A stretch of DNA of 64,000 nucleotides, taken from the NCBI GenBank assembly GCA_038064875.1, contig JBBTSC010000001.1:571004-635003 (forward strand). The letters run 5' to 3'. This document shows, piece by piece, positions 37,398 to 47,268 of this stretch. The stretch's first letter is position 1. Each line of letters opens with the position of its first letter. Origin of the DNA: Patescibacteria group bacterium. GTDB lineage: Bacteria > Patescibacteriota > Saccharimonadia > Saccharimonadales > 2-12-FULL-41-12. The translations under genes were made by a program, and so were the position numbers. The notes beneath the pieces were generated by a model that was not told where the DNA came from, ran no database searches, and saw nothing but the letters and a program-made list of their open reading frames with translations.

Positions 37398-39445
37398 TAT
37401 TTAACCTCGTCAAAGAATTTCTTTGCCTTATTTGTCACCGCATCCCAGCGATAATCTTTAACCGTCTCGAGCGCTTCTTTGGCTAGTCTGTCTCTGAGTT
37501 TTTTGTCGTTCATAAGTTTTTTGATCGCCTTTTTGACGCCTTCTGCGTCATCTTGTTCTACCATCAAACAGTTCTTGCCGTCAAAACAAAATCCTCTGTT
37601 ACCATGCGAATCTGTACAAATGACAGGGCAGCCGGCTGCCATTGCTTCCAGTATTGGCAGACAAAATCCTTCGTGACGAGAAGTCTGAACAAATATTGTT
37701 GCCTTGTTATAAAGCTCGTTGACTTCTTCGTTAGAGGGTTTGGTGAAATATTCAATTTTAGAATCTCTCTTAGCAAGTTCTGGCTGAAAACCAAACAGCC
37801 ACATATTTGGGCGCTCCTCGCCGAGCGCCTCCCAACCTTTGTAGGTCATCTCGAAGTTTTTCTGGAAGAATGTCCTACCTACGGCCAACAGCACGTTATC
37901 TTCTCTGTTTGTGCCTTTAATAACCTTATTTGTCTCATAGTCATAGCCACAAGGCACGATAGTCGCATCCAACCCAATAGCTTTTATCTCATCAAGGTTA
38001 TACGGAGAAATTGTTATGTTTCTGAACTCCTTACGATAACACGCTACAACCGCTGACTGCGCCAACATATCATCAGGGTAAAACCACGTCTCATATTCTG
38101 AGATGAAGTAGACTGGTATACCTTTTGTAACGGATGAGAGCCAGACAGGAAATGCAGTTTCCCACCACGTAGCCACCTTGATAGCTTCTTCTAAACTTAG
38201 CGCATTGATCAACCGTTCATAATTTTTGAAAGTTCTTATTTTTAGCCCCTCTTCAACTGGCCAGACTGGGTTGTGCCGATCAAGCCCCCAGACCTCAACC
38301 TCAAATCCTGATATATGTAAACGATTCGCCAGCTCAAATATATTCTTGATGCCTCCGCTCAAGCCGAATGACTGGAGAACAAAAATAATTTTTCTCTGGC
38401 CCTTGTCATTGGTAACGTTTCGTTTGTCGAACCAATCTCCCCATTTCTCCCAAAAGTAATCCAGTGACTGCTTTTCTTTGTCTGAAATAACTTTGTTCTT
38501 AGTACGTGTGGCAGATTCTAGGTGAGTGAGCGTCGCAGATGGGAAATAAAGCGTCCGGTAGCCGGCTTCCCAGGCCCTAAGACACCAGTCCATATCTTCA
38601 AAAGTAAATTCAAATTTATCATCAAGCGTGCCAATATAATTGATCAATTCTCGCTTAACATACATGCACGCTCCGGTGGTTGCTAGCACATACTGCGGGA
38701 TGTTCGCAGGCCCGTAATTTGCATCTTTGAACCGATAATAATGATCAAACCACTCTGGAGAATCAGTGTTTCTATGTGCTCCCGCGCTCTGGATACGTCC
38801 GTCCGCATACAGTAGTTTCGGCCCCACAATTCCTGTATCTACGCCAAATTCGTATGCTCCATATTGAAGTGCATCTACCCAACCTTCGTGGGCAAGCGTA
38901 TCACTGTTGAGCAGAATAATATCGTGCTTTTTATTCGTAGCGTCTATGCCAGAATTGACTGCTTTTGAGAATCCACCGTTTTTGTCACGAAAAACCACAC
39001 TGACTTGGTCATTTTCAAGCTCTTTCAGCTTTTTTCGGTGTGCTGGCTGACAATAATCATCAACGACAATTACTTTGACCAGTTCAGGATCAGTCGTTGC
39101 CCTGATGCTCTCCAGACATGGCACAAGCACATCAAGATCGTTGTAGCTAGGAATAACCACGTCAACTGGCTTACCCTTAGTTTTGTACCAATGAATAATC
39201 TCGTTTTGATCAACTCCGCTCACAAGTCCATTTGGAAAATGTAGGTTCTGCCCAGACTTATCGTAAATCCTACCACCTTCTTCCTTAAGTCGCCGAAGTG
39301 TTCGCCTAAGACCGTTCTTTCTAATGCTCTTTATAGATAATTTGAAAATCTGAAAGATGTTTTTTCCTTTGTATGTGAACTCGCCACGAAGCAACTTCTT
39401 GATCAAACTCTTAAATAGAAATAGTAAGATTATAATTTTTTTCAT
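37397..39445 (-). CDS. bifunctional glycosyltransferase (N-terminal GT2 + C-terminal GT4)
   Basis: GT2: VDVVIPSYNDLDVLVPCLESI...VIVVDDYC...LLNSD. GT4: SRHEGFCLPILEAMAAGCPVICTD. Confidence 0.8.
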   Translation of the reverse strand: MKKIIILLFLFKSLIKKLLRGEFTYKGKNIFQIFKLSIKSIRKNGLRRTLRRLKEEGGRIYDKSGQNLHFPNGLVSGVDQNEIIHWYKTKGKPVDVVIPSYNDLDVLVPCLESIRATTDPELVKVIVVDDYCQPAHRKKLKELENDQVSVVFRDKNGGFSKAVNSGIDATNKKHDIILLNSDTLAHEGWVDALQYGAYEFGVDTGIVGPKLLYADGRIQSAGAHRNTDSPEWFDHYYRFKDANYGPANIPQYVLATTGACMYVKRELINYIGTLDDKFEFTFEDMDWCLRAWEAGYRTLYFPSATLTHLESATRTKNKVISDKEKQSLDYFWEKWGDWFDKRNVTNDKGQRKIIFVLQSFGLSGGIKNIFELANRLHISGFEVEVWGLDRHNPVWPVEEGLKIRTFKNYERLINALSLEEAIKVATWWETAFPVWLSSVTKGIPVYFISEYETWFYPDDMLAQSAVVACYRKEFRNITISPYNLDEIKAIGLDATIVPCGYDYETNKVIKGTNREDNVLLAVGRTFFQKNFEMTYKGWEALGEERPNMWLFGFQPELAKRDSKIEYFTKPSNEEVNELYNKATIFVQTSRHEGFCLPILEAMAAGCPVICTDSHGNRGFCFDGKNCLMVEQDDAEGVKKAIKKLMNDKKLRDRLAKEALETVKDYRWDAVTNKAKKFFDEVK

Positions 39446-39542
39446 GCTTAATTAACGTACCACTTCAGTTATTAAATTTTTGCTCGCAACAATCTTTTTC
39501 ATAGAAATAAACTCATTCCATTATAAAATACAAGGAAGTATT

Positions 39543-40544
39543 ATGAAAGTTGCAATTGTCATCCCAAATCTAAATGGAGAGAAATATCTCCAAGACTCTA
39601 TAGATTCACTTCTTTCACAAACACAACAACACACTATCATAGTTGTAGATAATGCATCTACCGACAACTCCTCTAAAATCATCAAATCCAACAAAGACGT
39701 TATATTACTTGAGAACAAAGAAAACCTCGGATTTGCCGGTGGCGTTAATACCGGAATTCGCTACGCGCTGGACAATGATTTCGAGGCAATAGCGCTGTTC
39801 AACAACGATGCGATTGCTGAGCCAACTTGGCTCGAAGAGCTCGTCAAAGTCATGGTGAGTGGCGAAAAGATAGGTATCGTCGCCTGCTATTTCCAGAAAA
39901 TCGACAAAAAGCACATCGACAGCACCGGCGACCTCTACACAATCTGGGGCTTGCCGTACCCGCGTGACCGTGACCAGAAAGTCACAGACGTCACCCGGGA
40001 CAAATTAGAGCCAGTCTTTGGAGCTAGCGGTGGCGCTAGTCTATACCGAAGTTCTATGCTCAGAGACATTGGCATATTTGACGAAGATTTCTTTGCCTAC
40101 TACGAAGACGTTGATATCTCTTTCCGTGCGCAACTCAAGGGCTACAAAATCATGTTTGCCCCAAAGTCTGTAGCTTTTCATATCCAGGGGGCCACAGCCA
40201 CAAAAATCTCTGGGTTTGCTACATACCAGACGTTCAAGAATTTTCCACTTGTGGTCATCAAAAATGTTCCAGCAGGGATGTTATTTCAAGTCTTACCACG
40301 ATTTTGGCTTGCCTATTTGTCGATATTTGTCAGCTCATCATTAAAGGGGGGGTTTGTACCCGCCATCAGCGGTTGGTGGGCGTCAGTTAGACTAACCCCG
40401 AAAAAGCTCCGCGCCAGAAAGCAAATCCAGAAAAATGCTACTGTAACCAACGATTATATTCGCTCAATAATAGTGCACGATCTCCCGCCAAATGCCACAA
40501 AACTTCGCAAACTGCGCACCATTTTCACCCTCGGTCTACGCTGA
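39543..40544 (+). CDS. glycosyltransferase family 2 (rhamnosyltransferase-like)
   Basis: VAIVIPNLNGEKYLQDSIDSLLSQT..IIVVDNASTDNS..FAGGVN..FNNDA..YEDVDISFR. The RBS AAGGAAG precedes ATG 39543; the track ORF starts earlier at 39480. Confidence 0.8.
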   Translation: MKVAIVIPNLNGEKYLQDSIDSLLSQTQQHTIIVVDNASTDNSSKIIKSNKDVILLENKENLGFAGGVNTGIRYALDNDFEAIALFNNDAIAEPTWLEELVKVMVSGEKIGIVACYFQKIDKKHIDSTGDLYTIWGLPYPRDRDQKVTDVTRDKLEPVFGASGGASLYRSSMLRDIGIFDEDFFAYYEDVDISFRAQLKGYKIMFAPKSVAFHIQGATATKISGFATYQTFKNFPLVVIKNVPAGMLFQVLPRFWLAYLSIFVSSSLKGGFVPAISGWWASVRLTPKKLRARKQIQKNATVTNDYIRSIIVHDLPPNATKLRKLRTIFTLGLR

Positions 40545-40581
40545 TACAACTTCTGTGAGTCTTGGGTGTCGTTTAATTGTT

Positions 40582-40590
40582 TGCTAAACT
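40582..40590 (+). promoter_or_regulatory. extended -10-like element (TGCTAAACT), leaderless candidate
   Basis: TGCTAAACT is followed by 7 nt and then ATG 40598, with no SD. Confidence 0.35.
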
Positions 40591-40597
40591 GTTAGTG

Positions 40598-41518
40598 ATG
40601 CGTTTACTTATCACTGGAGTCACTGGTTTTGTCGGCACAAATCTCTTAGACGAATGTGTCCGAAATAAAATTGAGGTGGTTGGAGTTAGCCACACCCCGA
40701 TCAGTAAAGAAATTTCCTCAAAACTTTCAAAAGGTTACCAGATAGACATGACTAAAAAATCCGAGATGGCAAAGCTAGATCTTGCCAAGATAGACGGTGT
40801 TATACATTTAGCAGGATTGGCAGCCGTGGGGCCTTCTTTTGAAAAACCTGCCCTGTACGTACAGGCGAACACAGCGATGTTGATTAACCTCTGTGAGACA
40901 GCCATTGCTCAGCGAAAAAAACACCTCCGCATCATCAACGTCAGCTCTGGAGCCACCTACAGCTCTGACCAGCCGATGCCTTTGAGCGAATCGGCTAAAT
41001 TAGCCTATTCTTCACCGTATTCTGTTAGCAAAATTGCTTGTGAGCATTTGGGCGAATACTACCGCACCAGAAATCTAGATGTTATCAACGTACGTCCTTT
41101 TAACCACGTCGGCCCATCACAACTAACAGGATTTATCATCCCTGATTTATATGAACAACTTTCAAAGAACAAATCTGGTAAAGAGATTATTGTCGGTAAC
41201 CTCGACTCAAAGCGTGACTATACTGACGTCAGAGATGTTGCAAAAGCCTATCTCTCTCTACTGAAGACAAAGAATCTCAGTTCAACACTCTACAACATCT
41301 GTAGTGGTAAATCATACAGTGGTAAAGAAATCTTGGGTAAAATTTGTGAAGCTCTGGAGATCAAAACTCCAAAGACTAAAATTGACTACGGTAAATTCCG
41401 CCCTAACGATGCACCAGATATAGTCGGTAGCTCCGCCAAAATCCGCAAAGACACTGGCTGGAAGCCAGAAATAGATCTACAGACTTCTATCAGCGATTTT
41501 ATTGCTAGTCAGAAATAA
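40598..41518 (+). CDS. rmd: NAD(P)-dependent sugar epimerase/reductase, probably GDP-4-keto-6-deoxy-D-mannose reductase
   Basis: LLITGVTGFVGTNL, SSGATYS, YSVSKIACEHL (YxxxK). Its size and its convergent position next to gmd suggest an Rmd-type enzyme, but a GDP-fucose-synthase-like or other SDR cannot be excluded. Confidence 0.55.
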   Translation: MRLLITGVTGFVGTNLLDECVRNKIEVVGVSHTPISKEISSKLSKGYQIDMTKKSEMAKLDLAKIDGVIHLAGLAAVGPSFEKPALYVQANTAMLINLCETAIAQRKKHLRIINVSSGATYSSDQPMPLSESAKLAYSSPYSVSKIACEHLGEYYRTRNLDVINVRPFNHVGPSQLTGFIIPDLYEQLSKNKSGKEIIVGNLDSKRDYTDVRDVAKAYLSLLKTKNLSSTLYNICSGKSYSGKEILGKICEALEIKTPKTKIDYGKFRPNDAPDIVGSSAKIRKDTGWKPEIDLQTSISDFIASQK

Positions 41519-41520
41519 TA

Positions 41521-42507
41521 TTATTTGTCTGCTTCAACTTTAAGGTCGTGAGCGACCATCAATTTTACAAGCCCCGGAAAATCAACTTTTCGCTTCCAGC
41601 CAAGGACTTTTTCTGCCTTTGATGGATCACCAAGTAGCAAATCTACCTCTGCAGGACGCATAAATTTAGGATCTTGTTTTACGTATGGCTTCCAGTCGTC
41701 GATACCGATTTCTTTGAACGCAAGATCTAGGAATTCTTCGATAGAATGCGTCTCTCCTGTGGCTAGAACATAATCATCAGGCTCATCCTGTTGCAACATC
41801 AGCCACATGCCTTCTACATAGTCACCAGCATATCCCCAATCTCTCTGTGGCCATAGATCGCCCAGTACTAACTCCTTTTGCTTGCCCAGCTTGATCCGAG
41901 CCACTGCGTTACTGATCTTTCGTGTGACGAATTCTACACCACGTCTGTCACCCTCGTGATTAAATAGTATCCCACAAGATGCGTGTATCCCGTAGCTTTC
42001 GCGGTAGTTCTTGGTTATCCAGTGAGCATAAAGTTTTGCCACGCCGTACGGACTCCTCGGGTGGAAGACGGACTCCTCGTTATAGCCTTTTTCTGGTCGG
42101 TTGTAGTCTAGCCCACCGTACATCTCAGATGTAGATGCTTGGTAAAATCGCACTTTCTTTTCACGCCCAGTCAGACGGATAGCTTCTAGAAAATTAAGCA
42201 CGCCTACCGCAGTAACGTCAGCAGTCAGCTGTGGTGCCTTGAATGAATAACCAACGTGGCTGATTGCTGCCAAGTTGTACACTTCGTCAGGGTTAGATGT
42301 CTCGAGTGCTCGCACCAATGATGAAGTGTCCAGCAGATCTGCTTCTATCAGCTTTACGTAAGGGAATTCTTCTTCGACTTCTCGCTTTTTGGGGTTGTGC
42401 TGTCCGCGGATGATGGCAAATATCTCGTAGTCTTTGCTGTGCAAGAGCTCCGCTAGATGCCCTCCGTCTTGTCCTGTAATTCCTGTAATTAAAGCTGTCT
42501 TGGTCAT
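41521..42507 (-). CDS. gmd: GDP-mannose 4,6-dehydratase
   Basis: ALITGITGQDGGHLAELL, STSEMYG, YGVAKLYAHW, NHEGDRRG: canonical Gmd motifs. Confidence 0.95.
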   Translation of the reverse strand: MTKTALITGITGQDGGHLAELLHSKDYEIFAIIRGQHNPKKREVEEEFPYVKLIEADLLDTSSLVRALETSNPDEVYNLAAISHVGYSFKAPQLTADVTAVGVLNFLEAIRLTGREKKVRFYQASTSEMYGGLDYNRPEKGYNEESVFHPRSPYGVAKLYAHWITKNYRESYGIHASCGILFNHEGDRRGVEFVTRKISNAVARIKLGKQKELVLGDLWPQRDWGYAGDYVEGMWLMLQQDEPDDYVLATGETHSIEEFLDLAFKEIGIDDWKPYVKQDPKFMRPAEVDLLLGDPSKAEKVLGWKRKVDFPGLVKLMVAHDLKVEADK

Positions 42508-42542
42508 TGTTCTCCCTATTTATTATCGAAAGTATTCACCCT

Positions 42543-43850
42543 TTATTTTATAACAATAGTTTTGTCTTCCCAAAATTTAATCCCGATAAGTATGAATACA
42601 CTGGCGACAACTGCCTCGTTGGACCAAATATGCAGGAACATGTTGATCACTATAAGCCCTGCCAGTACAGAGAAAAATATCTCACGCTCTGGTGAGCTTG
42701 ATTTTCTCAGCTCTTGGAACACGAGTGCTAGGAATGCTAGGAATAACAACAGACCGATCACACCTACTTCATAACCAATCTGCACAAAATAGTTTTCGGT
42801 CAATATACCTTTGTTGTGTATCGCCACCAGCCCTGCTGTCCCGGGGCCGTGCCCTGACGGCTGATCTGCTATGCCATCTATCCCCTTTTGCAAGTATGAT
42901 GCATGCAGAGAATTAGAATCTTCTAGCTTGGTGTTCTCGTCACTATGGACCAATATATTCTGCACCACATATTGGTCACGGAGCGCATACGCACCAAAAC
43001 TCAGTATCAGCACCAGACCAATTATTATATATTTGTACTTGTTCAAATATTTTAAGATTTCTTTTTTATGGGTGAGCCCTGAATAGACTGCCAAGGCTAT
43101 CGCTGTAGCCAACCACGCTCCTCTAGAAAATGTCAGGAATAATATAAGAAGATGTAGTAGCAACACTCCGCTGAGCATCATTTTTTTACTAGTTTTCCAG
43201 TTTTTGATCAGTAAATTCACTAACAAGAGTATTGGCAATATTAGAAATGCCCCTAGTGAGTTGGGGTCACGGATAGTCGACATCACTCGTGGTAGATCAG
43301 GCTTGTCGTCTATGAAAAAGGCTGGCTTGACTCCTCGTTCTACCGAGTAGCCAAAGTGCGTCATCACGTCTTTAGGCAATATCCACTGTAGTAGTGCCAC
43401 TACACAGACTATGGTAGATACTATCAGCAGATATTTGATGAAATCCGTCTGAATCTTTTTCTGAGCTACTTTGTTCTTTGCTAGTAGCACCAGATTGTAG
43501 CCGATTATCACATACCAGATTATCCGTGTGTTATATATTGTTGCCAGTAGCCCTGTCGTATTTGGCTGATCTGTAGTCAGTAGCAAAGACAAATGTAGAA
43601 ATGTGTATGACAGTAACAGTGCCCAGAGCATGTAGAACAATCTGTTAGCTTTTTTTGCATATAGCACCAGCCCAGAACCAAATATCAGAATTCCCCAAGC
43701 AAAGATATCCTTACCAATCTTCCACCAATCCAAATGCCCCGTAAAAGTACTCAGCCACTGGCTCAGGAAGATATGGAAAGACATATAGACAAAGAGCCCA
43801 ATCACCGCATATTTATAATAAGTATTCAATTTCTCAATCACTACACCCAT
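42543..43850 (-). CDS. O-antigen ligase/polymerase-family (Wzy_C) membrane protein
   Basis: About 11 TM helices, FSRGAWLATAIALAVY (Wzy_C-like motif), and a periplasmic-type loop with H/R residues. Confidence 0.7.
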   Translation of the reverse strand: MGVVIEKLNTYYKYAVIGLFVYMSFHIFLSQWLSTFTGHLDWWKIGKDIFAWGILIFGSGLVLYAKKANRLFYMLWALLLSYTFLHLSLLLTTDQPNTTGLLATIYNTRIIWYVIIGYNLVLLAKNKVAQKKIQTDFIKYLLIVSTIVCVVALLQWILPKDVMTHFGYSVERGVKPAFFIDDKPDLPRVMSTIRDPNSLGAFLILPILLLVNLLIKNWKTSKKMMLSGVLLLHLLILFLTFSRGAWLATAIALAVYSGLTHKKEILKYLNKYKYIIIGLVLILSFGAYALRDQYVVQNILVHSDENTKLEDSNSLHASYLQKGIDGIADQPSGHGPGTAGLVAIHNKGILTENYFVQIGYEVGVIGLLLFLAFLALVFQELRKSSSPEREIFFSVLAGLIVINMFLHIWSNEAVVASVFILIGIKFWEDKTIVIK

Positions 43851-43878
43851 TATCTCACAATAACTAGTTCAATTGACT

Positions 43879-44370
43879 TTAAAAGTGTGGCTTCCTGGCT
43901 CTATTAGCGCAACTTATTATCAAATATGGATGCTTTGGTTCATTCTCAGGCGCATTTACAATTGAACCCTCTTCTTTACCTTGATCGTTTTTATAAAAAA
44001 CATCACACCTTGAGACATCTTTCGGCAAATTTGTTTCTACTGATACATAGTCAATGTTTCTTGACAGTATTATTTCTGTTGAAACCTGGCACCATAACTT
44101 CCCGTCATCAGATGGCCCTTGTTCTGCCATAAAGCAAGTATTTTTTGTATTCTCTGCTACTCTTCTGTCTCCTATAGTCTTATTGAAGCTATCTACTAAA
44201 GATTTTTTTTCTTTCTCTAGATTTTGGAATTTTCTCTCATCGATTTTGTCCAATACCAGAGTACCCAAAATTGCAAGAATAGATATTGCAAGTATTGTCA
44301 TAAAAATGAAAACTACTCTTCTATCAACTATTTGTTGATTTTTTTTTGTCTTAGTTGATTTTTTCCTCAT
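43879..44370 (-). CDS. small N-terminally anchored 4-Cys protein (paralog of 47269-47795)
   Basis: Lys-rich N-terminus, one TM helix, four Cys, and a C-terminal ISCANRARKPHF. It shares an ATGA overlap with the upstream SGNH gene. Confidence 0.5.
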   Translation of the reverse strand: MRKKSTKTKKNQQIVDRRVVFIFMTILAISILAILGTLVLDKIDERKFQNLEKEKKSLVDSFNKTIGDRRVAENTKNTCFMAEQGPSDDGKLWCQVSTEIILSRNIDYVSVETNLPKDVSRCDVFYKNDQGKEEGSIVNAPENEPKHPYLIISCANRARKPHF

Positions 44371-47177
44371 ATTACTCTTGCCTTTGCTATTTTTATTGCA
44401 GTCACTATTATTATAACAATAGGTATGAGAACTAAGATATAATTATTTTTTTGTACTTCTATTTTATGAGTTTTATTATGTGTGGATGATCCATTATTAA
44501 AATTGTTTATTAAGTTTGAGCTAGCTTGAGGGTCATTAAATAACAGATTTATCCCCTGATCCGTTATTGTGCTGGTCAAACTCGTTGCAAATGAAAGGCC
44601 AGCTACATTAGATATGTCTGCTGAAAATTGTAGAAATTCATCACCTCTGGTGTCAGACAATCTGCTTCCTACTGTCGATGTTTGTTGAGCAGATGAAATT
44701 TGAGGTGGTTCAGAGATGAATCCATCGCAAGCGTCATCTACTCCGTCTTTGTCGTAATCAATGCCTGAATCTGGGACAAAACCACACTTCTCTTGATCAT
44801 CTGACGTATTATTACCATTGATGTCTCCTTCTGCCCCTGTTATGAATATGTGCTGGTAGTACTCTTGAGATTCTCCAGCGATATTCTTTGCGTAAGCATG
44901 GATTTCGTGTGGTCCTGGTAATAATTTGTTTTTTATATCGATTGTTATGGCTAAGTTACCGCTACTGTCTGCGTAAAATGTTCCTAGGTCGACAGGCTTT
45001 GATTGTGCCTCTAGTTTTACAGCCGAGTTTGGCTTAAGCCCATCTAATATTATATTGGTGGATTCTTGTCGGCTGTCTTCAGCTATCATTTGTTTTTGCT
45101 TCATTGCGAGAGGAAATGCCTGTGTTGATTCTGCGTTCTTTGATTTAATATAATCTGTGGTTTCAGCCCCAAAATAAGAAGTTGTGGGCTCAGGAATCTT
45201 ACCTTTCTTTGCATCACACACCGCATGATCTGGTTGTGCTGGGCATGTTACAAAAGACGCGGGGTCATTATTCGTTATCTGCAGAATTCGATCTCTAATA
45301 AGTGGTTGAGCATTTTGGTTGGGGTGAAAGGACTCATTGCCAAGACCTAACCTCTCCTGAACTATCACTTTACCCCCAGAATACCCACTTACCCAAACGC
45401 CTTTGTCATCACCAAAAGTTACGCCATTTACAACCATCTGTGAATCTGGCACGCCACTGCAAAGGTTCCTAGTCTGTAGAGTATCCTCTATATCTAGGTA
45501 ATAGACACCTGCGTCTGTGGCTGCAGATCGAATAACTTGGTTCATGTACTTTACACTGTGATGAACAAATTCGCGCTCTTGGTCATTGAGATGCACATTG
45601 TTACCACAGTTTCCGTCCTCACCTCGCACAAATTGTGGATAGCCCATAACGTAGATCTTTGTCTCACCATCGGTTTTATCTTTTAGGGTTTCATATGTTT
45701 CTTTTAAGATTTTATATTGATCTGCAATCTCTCTGGCAACACCAGCTCTGACTGTTGGATTATCTGCATACTTACAAGTGTCTGGTACAAGCGCCTTATA
45801 GTCATTTGTTACACAAGCGCTTAGTTTTTGCAAGAAATCAACGTCATTGCCACCAATAGATATAGTGACAAAAGAAGGCTTCTGCCCTTCAAAAGACTTA
45901 ATCTGCACTTTACTGCCAGCTATATTACTGTTTGTTTTAGGATACTGTATTTTTTTCTCTATATTGTCGGTTTCTGCACCACTGCAGGCAACGCTGTGAA
46001 ATTCTTTATTGTCTAGGAACTGACTCAGAAGATATGGGTAGCTTCTTTTGCTCTGATGGCATTTGTTTACATCCGTATCTGTACCTTCCTCATACCAACT
46101 ATTGCCGTCCATCTCGCCTTCTCCGCTAGCAAATGAGTCCCCCATAGCGATATAGCTGGTTGACTCTGGCACATAACCTGCCGTATTCAGTATCACTTTC
46201 TTGCTAATTCGAACTTTAGACGCAGGATTATAATCAGTCATTATTCCATAAATCGACTTGTCGTTGTCTGCAAACCTGATACCGCTCAAGCCCCAGAAAT
46301 TAGTGAATTGTGACTTCACTGTAGGCCTAATATCTTTAGGGTTTTTACATCCTGTGGCTACGTTATTGTAAGCTTTGATCTGTTTCACCGTGCAACCGTT
46401 TAAGTCATATATGTTTAGTGGTCCACCCTCGAAATTACTGACTATGACCGTGTTGCCGTCATTACTTATTCCCATCTGTGGAGTTGGGTCATAGCCTTGC
46501 CCATAATTGTAGGTTTGTGTAGAAAATAAAAGCAATTCCTCTGTATCAACATTTATCCTGACGAAGCCAACAAAAGGAACCTCTGCCACTATATACTTAC
46601 CGTTTGGAGAAAAGTTAAAAGAATTATATCTAAATGGAATTGTTTGATTTTGGTCATTTTTGAAGACATTTGAAGGAGATGTCACTTCATAAGTTCCCTC
46701 AAGTGGGTTGCTTGAGTTAGCGGCTGTAAATGTGCCAATTGACGACAAGCTATCCTCTATGGCAAAAGATAGTCCGTTTTGAATTCCGCGAACAACTATA
46801 ACTTTACTACTTTTAGGAATTCCTATGACACCTGCTGATCCCTTTATCTTGTACGCATATCCAGCCTCAACATATCCTCCACCCACACCACTAATGCCAC
46901 AAATGTCTACTGACAATAATCTCGGGTTTTTGCTAGGCTTATTGTCCTTATCGGTATAACTGTAGTACTGCCAAGGTGAAGTCACGCAAGTTCTTGGTGT
47001 TTTAACATCTTCGCTTGTCGCATCTCGACCTACAGTGAGTCCTGGATTCGCACTTATCCAAGAGTTGGTTTCTGCTACTACACTTGTTTTGTCAGACTGA
47101 AGCAAAAAGAAACTTAGCAGAATAAGCAAACTTGCTAGGCACAAAGTTTTGATTTTTAGTTTTCCTGCAATTTTCAC
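44367..47177 (-). CDS. large secreted SGNH/GDSL hydrolase with PD40/TolB-like N-terminal region and C-terminal TM anchor
   Basis: Signal peptide; SPNGKYIV / SNDGNTVIV PD40-like strands; GDSL block YIAMGDSFASGEG; block III SIGGNDV; block V ESFHPN. There is an Asp-rich Ca-binding-like DYDKDGVDDACD and a terminal YILVLIPIVIIIVTAIKIA helix. Confidence 0.7.
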   Translation of the reverse strand: MKIAGKLKIKTLCLASLLILLSFFLLQSDKTSVVAETNSWISANPGLTVGRDATSEDVKTPRTCVTSPWQYYSYTDKDNKPSKNPRLLSVDICGISGVGGGYVEAGYAYKIKGSAGVIGIPKSSKVIVVRGIQNGLSFAIEDSLSSIGTFTAANSSNPLEGTYEVTSPSNVFKNDQNQTIPFRYNSFNFSPNGKYIVAEVPFVGFVRINVDTEELLLFSTQTYNYGQGYDPTPQMGISNDGNTVIVSNFEGGPLNIYDLNGCTVKQIKAYNNVATGCKNPKDIRPTVKSQFTNFWGLSGIRFADNDKSIYGIMTDYNPASKVRISKKVILNTAGYVPESTSYIAMGDSFASGEGEMDGNSWYEEGTDTDVNKCHQSKRSYPYLLSQFLDNKEFHSVACSGAETDNIEKKIQYPKTNSNIAGSKVQIKSFEGQKPSFVTISIGGNDVDFLQKLSACVTNDYKALVPDTCKYADNPTVRAGVAREIADQYKILKETYETLKDKTDGETKIYVMGYPQFVRGEDGNCGNNVHLNDQEREFVHHSVKYMNQVIRSAATDAGVYYLDIEDTLQTRNLCSGVPDSQMVVNGVTFGDDKGVWVSGYSGGKVIVQERLGLGNESFHPNQNAQPLIRDRILQITNNDPASFVTCPAQPDHAVCDAKKGKIPEPTTSYFGAETTDYIKSKNAESTQAFPLAMKQKQMIAEDSRQESTNIILDGLKPNSAVKLEAQSKPVDLGTFYADSSGNLAITIDIKNKLLPGPHEIHAYAKNIAGESQEYYQHIFITGAEGDINGNNTSDDQEKCGFVPDSGIDYDKDGVDDACDGFISEPPQISSAQQTSTVGSRLSDTRGDEFLQFSADISNVAGLSFATSLTSTITDQGINLLFNDPQASSNLINNFNNGSSTHNKTHKIEVQKNNYILVLIPIVIIIVTAIKIAKARVI

Positions 47178-47252
47178 ACCTAACCCCGCAATTGTCTATA
47201 GGGTCAATTATACTATCTGGTCAGCGTTTTCTCCTAGACATTTACACGCTTA

Positions 47253-47261
47253 TGCTACAAT
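47253..47261 (+). promoter_or_regulatory. extended -10 promoter (TGCTACAAT), leaderless candidate
   Basis: TGCTACAAT is followed by 7 nt and then ATG 47269. Confidence 0.4.
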
Positions 47262-47268
47262 TTTATTG

